A stretch of 64,000 nt of DNA from Azolla caroliniana. Taxonomy: Eukaryota > Plantae > Polypodiophyta. Under the pieces are notes generated by a model, which saw nothing but the letters and a program-made list of their open reading frames with translations, was not told the origin of the DNA and ran no database searches. The position numbers and the translations under genes were made by a program. The stretch is taken from assembly GCA_043228905.1 (NCBI GenBank), contig JBHGNT010000004.1, positions 18,476,001 to 18,540,000 of the forward strand, given 5' to 3'. Positions 57,250 to 64,000 of this stretch are shown here, piece by piece. Every line of letters starts with the position of its first letter. The first letter of the stretch is position 1.

Positions 57250-59477
57250 TACGAAAGAAAAAAACACCACCATGACTAACGTACTACAAAGTATAGAACC
57301 CTTCTATCTAGGGATCTAAATAATACTACGACACCAAACTCAATGCCACCCTACACACCAATTCAAATGGCGAGTATGATTATATGTGACCTTGCAGAGT
57401 TCTCTCTCTTCCTGGTTGAGATTTCGTGACTTCTCTAGCACTGTCAATTGCCACAAAAGAAGTCCTTTTAACTTTAGAACATATTTTCTCACCCCAACTT
57501 GCAAATAAAAAATGAAGACGTTCCGCATATTCCAATTGAACCATAGCCCCCAATACCTCAACAACTCAAAAATAATTTGAAAATCAGGCATCGGTTCATT
57601 GTTCTCCATATGTGCAAAAACCGAACTGAAGGAAGATAGACTTACTCCTGTTAGAGACATCCACACTAAACTGATACACCTCCAAACCATCCTTGCCATC
57701 AGGCATGAAATAAATCGATGCCTATTATGTTCCAATTCCATCGAACAAAAGAAACACAATCCTTTAGTAATGTTTCTTGTTTTTAATGCATCCCCTAATG
57801 GTAAACCTCCAACCATAACTCTCCAAATAAATACCTTGGCTCGTACCATCAATCGAGAACATCAACTTGCCTTGATCACATGAAACCACCAAGTAATGGG
57901 CTTATGAAAACCCCATATCTTTATAACCCTTTCTTCCAACCACTTATGTTTGTCAATCAAGTTATGATTGGAGGTTTCTGTCCAAGGTTGTACACCTTCA
58001 AACATGAATCGAATGAAAGTAAATCAACGACCCACCATATACTCATATAGATTCAATATTGATGCCCCACCAAGACTCTTCGGAGTACAAACATAATCCC
58101 ATGCCAACCATGACAAGGCACTTTCCCCTTTTCTTTTCCATACCAACATTTGCATCGAGCGTGGCAACATTTCAAGGGCTTTCTTTGACAATGGGATCAA
58201 AGTAAGATAATAAGATACCATAGAGACCATAATCGATTGGACCACCTTAAGTCGTACATGAAAAGGCCAAAACTGAGACCTCTGATACATAAACTTAACC
58301 TCCAACCTTTTGGATACCCACTCAATAAGTTTCACATGAGAAACTTCCACCCCAATTGGATATCCAAGGTGACGACAAATCATACCACGATGTACTATCC
58401 TTCCTGACCACCCCAACCCTAACACATCTTGTCTGTACATGAAATGAGGACAAATTTATGTATATTAATTCTCAACCCTGGAGCATTTGAAAACAATTCC
58501 CACACATCTCTTGTCTTACTAATATTTTCCCGATTAGGTGCCAAAAACATAGTATGGTCATTTGCAAGAGCTTGAACATTACATGGCTTCCATGATGACA
58601 ACCTTAGCCAAGCAATTCTTCCGCCATAGCCATATTGTGTAACTTAACAAGAATAGGATGTGTCACAATAGTGAATAGTAAAGGACTTACCGGGCATCCT
58701 TGTCTAACTGACCTCCGAATTGAAATCGGTTGTGTTACTCCTCCATTAAACATCACATGTGAAACCGAACCCTCCCCTAATGTGTATATCAACTTAGACA
58801 TACGATCACCAAAACCCATATGAGACATCAATTGATTTATAAATGACCAATCCACATTATCATAGGCTTTCTCGATATCCAATTGTAGCAACACTAATTC
58901 TTGTTTCGCCTCCTTTGCATAGTCAATTGCCGTTTGAACATTTAAAATATTATGTAAAATGTCTCTTTTTGCTAAAAACCCATATTCAACATTATGAATA
59001 ATAGAAGGTACAACCTTATGCAACCTATTGGCCATCACTTTTGCAAAATCCTTGTACATTCCCCCCATCAATGAAATAGGCCTCCATTGAGCAAAGGAAG
59101 ATGGAGAAGGCACCTTCGGCATTTCCCCTGATGTCCACACCTTCTAAAATAAAACCTTAAAAGGCCCCTTTAACTTAATCACATATTTCTTAAAGAGTTC
59201 ATGTGTTAATCCATCCCACCCAGGACTCCTATCATTAGCAAGATGTGACATGAAATGTTCCACCTCATTCTCTGAAAGATTAGCATCTAATGATTGTGCC
59301 ACATCATGCGATACATGATTTTTCCCTCCATTAAAAAATACATCTCTATCCTTTTAAACATTATCATCGATACACATTTGTACATACAACAATTATTTAT
59401 AATATTCTATCCATTTCTTAATAATTTCTTGAGGATCGAAACACATGATACCATTTTCCTCTAACCGTACTACATTA
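57250..59477 (-). mobile_element. L1-type LINE remnant (ORF2 RT and zf-RVT), cut at its 5' side by a Copia LTR
   Basis: ORF 58604-59140 (WRPISL..LDIEKAYDNVDW..RQGCPVSPLLF), ORF 58024-58440 (HLGYPIG) and ORF 57340-57852 (KVFIWR..CFFC..HRFISC). Confidence 0.92.
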
Positions 59478-59579
59478 TGTCGTGCATGTGATTCATGAAG
59501 GTCATGTTAGGAAACAGGTCCCTCCGGATGGGAAGTGAGAAGAACAACGTTGATGAGCAACTCGGCCGAGGCCGAATTC

Positions 59580-59770
59580 GGATGTGGAGTACCCGGCAAG
59601 GAAGACCCGGTGAGAACCGGATGACGAGTACCCGGCAAGAGACGGACGGTGAAGGCCCGGTGAGAACCAGATGACGAGTACCCGGCAAGAGCCGGATGGT
59701 GAAGGCCCGGTGAGAACTGGATGACGAGTGCCCGGCAAGAGCCGATGGTGAAGGCCCGGTGAGGAGTGCT
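59580..59770 (+). repeat. 50-bp tandem repeats in the Copia LTR U3 (about 4 copies)
   Basis: CCCGGTGAG recurs at 59606, 59656, 59706 and 59755. Confidence 0.9.
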
Positions 59771-62496
59771 CACCGGATGAAGGGACATATTCGTAAATAT
59801 GTTTCTGAGAGTCCATTGGGGCTATATTTGTAAATGGCTGAAAAGTCATATTAGTATAAATATGACTTAGGGCAAACTTAGTGTAGTGTAGTTGTCATAC
59901 TTGTTGGTGCAAGATTTGAGTGCAACCGTGTACAGAAAGAGAGAGAGAGTGAGAGACGAAGAGGACGTTATCTCTGTTGTAACCGCCACATGTGGCAAAG
60001 ACAGTGAACAAGAGGTCGTTGCCTCTGTGTTCATCTATTGTATATTGTAACATAGTGATAGTTTGCAGTCTGTGGACTGCCATGGTTTTTCCCGTGTTTG
60101 GGTTTTCCACGTAAACATTCTGTGTACTCTTCTCTTTATTGTGTCGTGCGTACATTACCCACCCGTTTTTTCTGTGTTTGATCCTAGACTCGGTTGTTTT
60201 CGGGAGCGTGTAGTCCTTTCAAATTGGTATCAGAGTGAAATGACACAGAAAAATGGACGATTCGTTGGGAGGCATGTTCAAGCTCACCAGCTCCAACTAT
60301 TCGGTGTGGAAGTCGAAGATGAGGGACATGCTCGTGGTTAAAGATCTTTGGTTGCCGGTTCAGTTCGGGGACAAGAGACTGGACAAAATCGACGCCACGA
60401 TATGGGAGGTGATGCACATGAAGACAACGGCGTACATACGGTGCTTCATCGACATGACTCCGGTACCAAGATGGCTCCAACATGGTGGAGCACATGAATG
60501 CCTTCCAGGGGCTAATCCACCAGGCAACATCATTGGAAGTACCTCTCGCCGATGAGGTACTAGCACTACTCCTGCTCGGTTCCCTCCTAGATACCTGGGA
60601 GATGTTGGTTGTCACTTTGGGCAACGCCGGGCCGGAAGGGAAACGGTTATCCCTGGCAAGAGTGAAGTCGAGCTTGCTAGATGAGGAGGCGCATCGGAAA
60701 GACAAGGATACGAAATCCGACTCTAAAGCGTTCATTACCGAATTGGAACGCGGAAGACAAAGGAACCGTAGTCCTTAGAACCGGGAGAAGTTGGGGACAC
60801 GGTCAAAGTCAAGGGGGAGGCCTACCTGCTTCTATTGCGGCAAGCCGGGACACTTCTAGAAGAACTGTCGGCACTTCCGAAAAGACAAGGAAACCGATGG
60901 TACCAATTCAAAGCGGACACCGGACCGGAATGGTAAAGACCGGAGGGGGCCGGACCGGAAGGGAACGACGGCAATCGCGGCAAGTGAAGAAGAGTTTATG
61001 CTCATCACCAAGGAGAGTGAGCTAAACCTTGCCAGCAACGAGATGACCTGGGTGGTCGACTCCGGAGCGTCGTTCCACCTTACCCCGGACCGGAAATGCT
61101 TCTCATCCTACTTAGCCGGTGATCAGGGCTGTGTCCGGATGGGGAATGAAGGTACATGCTGAATTGTCGGCATAGGAGACGTGTGGTTGACAACACCAAC
61201 CGGATGCAAGCTGCTGCTGAAGGATGTCCGACACGTTCCGGAGGTTCGATTGAACCTGATATCAGCCGGTCGGCTAGATGATGAAGGCTACACGGGTAGC
61301 ATCCGGAACGGTGTTATGAAGTTTAGCAAAGGGAGCCTGATTGTGGCTTAGGCCCGGAAGGTCAACATATTGTACTCGATGAATGCCAGGTTATGCCCGG
61401 AAGAAGTGAATATGGCTTCCGACACTGTCGGTGCATTGTGGCACAAGAGGTTGTGTCACATGAGCGAGAAGGGGATGAAGAGGGTTGCTGACAACAACCT
61501 CATTCCAGTGAAGAACGTGCACTTGGAGAAGTGCACAGATTGTCTAGCCGGTAAACAAAACCGGACCTCCTTCCGATTGAGGCCACCGATAAGACGTAAT
61601 GCACCTTTGGAGTTGGTGCATATTGATGTATGTCAAGTGGACACGAAGTCACATGCCGGATCGCAGTACTTCGTGACGTTCATAGATGACCACAGCCCGA
61701 AGCTGTGGGCCACACCGTTGAAGATGAAGGATCAGGTGCTATCCGTCTTCAAAGAGCTCCACGCGATAGTGGAAATAGAAACCATCCGAAAGCTGAAGGC
61801 GGTTCGAGCAGATAACGGAGGTGAATACCGGGGGGTAGTTCGAGGAGTATTGTCACTCGAAGGGAATCCAACTCGAATTTGCCGTGCCGAAGACGCCGAA
61901 ACTAAACGGGTTGGCCGAGAGGATGAACCGGACAATAATGGAGAGGGTCCGAAGTATGCTGGCATATGCAAAATTACCCAAGACGTTTTGGGCTGAGGCG
62001 TTGTCGATAGCGATGTATGTGATAAACAAATCACCCTTAGTGCCCTTGGATGGAGGCACATCGCAGAAGGTGTGGATCGGTAAGGAAGTGTCTTACCGGC
62101 ATCGGAAGGTATTCGGAGTCTCGTGTACGTGCATGTTGCTAAGGACTGGAGAGGAAAGTTGGATCCAAAGACCATGCATATTCCTCGGATACGGCGATGA
62201 TGAGTTCGGCTACCGAGTGTGGGATCCGGTTGACAAGAAGGCTTTCCGGAGTCAAGATATTATCTTCATGGAGGACAAGACTCTTGCTAACTGGGAGTCA
62301 GACAAGAAGATAATGAACTCTGATGAGATTCGGACACACCTGGCTAAGAGCCGGTTGACACTCGAGGAACCAGCCGGTTACGGTGAGGATACCGAACCAG
62401 CAGAAGAAGTAGAGGAAGCTAAAATCGGAACCGGCCAAGACCCCGAATCGGATTCGGATGAAGAACAAATAATGGAGCCAGTTGCCGAAGGCCAAA

Positions 62497-62780
62497 GACG
62501 GAGATATCCTCTCAAAGAGAGAAGGCCCCCCTGGAGATTTCCAGATGCAGAGCATGTGTTGCTGACCGATGAGGGAGAGCCGTAAAGCTTTGAAGAAGAG
62601 AAGGATGACACCCACAACCGCAAATGGTTAAGTGCCATGACGGAGATATCCTCTCAAAGAGAGAAGGCCCCCCTGGAGATTTCCAGATGCAGAGCATGTG
62701 TTGCTAACCGATGAGGGAGAGCCGTAAAGCTTTGAAGAAGAGAAGGATGACACCCACAACCGCAAATGGTTAAGTGCCAT
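62497..62780 (+). repeat. 142-bp tandem duplication inside Copia pol
   Basis: 62497-62638 and 62639-62780 are near-identical (GACGGAGATATCC..AAGTGCCAT). Confidence 0.95.
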
Positions 62781-64000
62781 GCAGGATGAGATGGATTCCC
62801 TACATGAGAACCATACGTACGAATTGGTGGAGTTGCGCAAAGAAAAGCGGGCACTCCGAAATAAGTGGGTGTACAAGTTGAAACCAAGAGATGCCAGCAA
62901 CCCCCCGAGATACAAAGCTAGGATCGTGGTGAAGGGGTTCCAATAGAAGAAGGGCGTGGACTTCGACGAGATATTTGCCTCGGTAGTAAGGATGACCTCC
63001 ATCCGGACGGTGCTGAGTATAGCGGCAAGCATGGACCTCGAGGTAGAGTAGCTAGACGTGAAGACGACATTCCTTCACGGTAACCTCGAAGAGGAGATCT
63101 ACCTGCAGCAACCGGAAGGATTCGTGGAGAAAGGGAAGGAGCACCTGATTTGCCGGTTAAAGAAGAGCCTGTACAGACTGAAGCAGTCTCCCCGACAGTG
63201 GTATCGGAAATTCGACTCCTTCATGACCGACCAAGGGTATCACAAAACGCAAACCGATCATTGCGTGTTTGTGAAGAAGTTCGAAGGAGGCGACTTCTTG
63301 ATACTCCTTCTGTACGTGGACGACATGTTGACCGTCGGACGGGACCAAGCCAAAATACGAATGCTGAAGAAGGCTCTCAATCCAACCTTCGCAATGAAAG
63401 ATTTGGGCCCGGAAAGACAAATACTGGGGATGCACATCATCCGGGACCGGTCAAACAAGCAATTGTGGTTGTCACTGGAGAAATACGTGACAAAGGTGCT
63501 TCAGTGGTTCAACATGTTAGAAGCAAAACCAATCAGATCGACACTCCCGACAAACTTTAGACTATTCGGTAAGCAAAGCCCGAAGACAAAAGCAAAGAAG
63601 GCGGATATGATGAAGGTTCCATATGCCTCTGCCATTGGGAGATTAATGTACGCAATGGTGTGTACTCGACCGGATATTGGATACGTAGTTGGAGTGGTGA
63701 GCCGGTTTATGAGCAATCCCGACAAGGAGCACTGGAACGCGGTCAAATGGTTACTCTGGTACTTGAAGGGCACTTCGAATATGTGTCTCCGATTCGGCTA
63801 CGGTAAATCTCAACTTGACGGTTTTACCGATTTGGACATGTCGGTTGATGTGGATACCAGCCGGTCTACATCCAGGTATGTAATGACATATGCAGGGGGA
63901 GCTGTTTCGTGGCAGTCGGGGCTGCAGAAGACGGTTGCATTGTCAACCACGGAGGCGGAGTATATGGCGGCTGTGGAAGCCAGCAAGGAAATACTATGGA

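Larger units (their letters stand above)
59478..64000 (+). mobile_element. Tnt1/Tork-like Ty1/Copia element, degenerate, runs off the window end
   Basis: 5' LTR 59478-60221 (TG..CA). PBS TGGTATCAGAG at 60225. gag from 60253, PR WVVDSGASFH ~61050, integrase 61430-62250, RT and RH 62760-64000 with stops. Confidence 0.95.

Noticed and set aside
59600-59760. Hammerhead ribozyme (retrozyme) in the LTR repeats
   Set aside because: TGACGAG plus a hairpin is suggestive, but the core needs CUGANGA and GAAA; here it is ATGACGA with no GAAA after the stem.

Overview
Eukaryotic, almost certainly land-plant DNA; the element mix suggests a seed-free plant such as a fern or lycophyte (inference). About 90% is nested transposable elements. 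One intact host gene is present: a 3-exon secreted L-gulonolactone-oxidase-like FAD oxidase (54488-56827, 589 aa). Left block: a ~333-bp tandem array of long palindromes plus a tRNA-like module, then a decayed Sola/DUF7869-type DNA transposase. That transposase is split by a non-autonomous Gypsy-like element (tRNA-Trp PBS, 4-bp TSD) whose 5' LTR carries a Copia. Middle block: an old Tat-like Gypsy with an extra RNase H (~17.7-52.5 kb) containing a young Gypsy with a ~965-aa extra ORF, a chromovirus, three Copias, a solo LTR and a 283-bp tandem array. Right block: the gene, an L1-type LINE remnant and a Tnt1-like Copia running off the window. Most striking signal: a chromovirus LTR family that begins with an antisense tRNA-like A-box/B-box module. 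The module recurs about 10 times in the window and has been amplified into a palindrome-rich satellite. The same element shows a self-priming PBS and a -1 frameshift signal. All coordinates were read by eye; no database searches were run.
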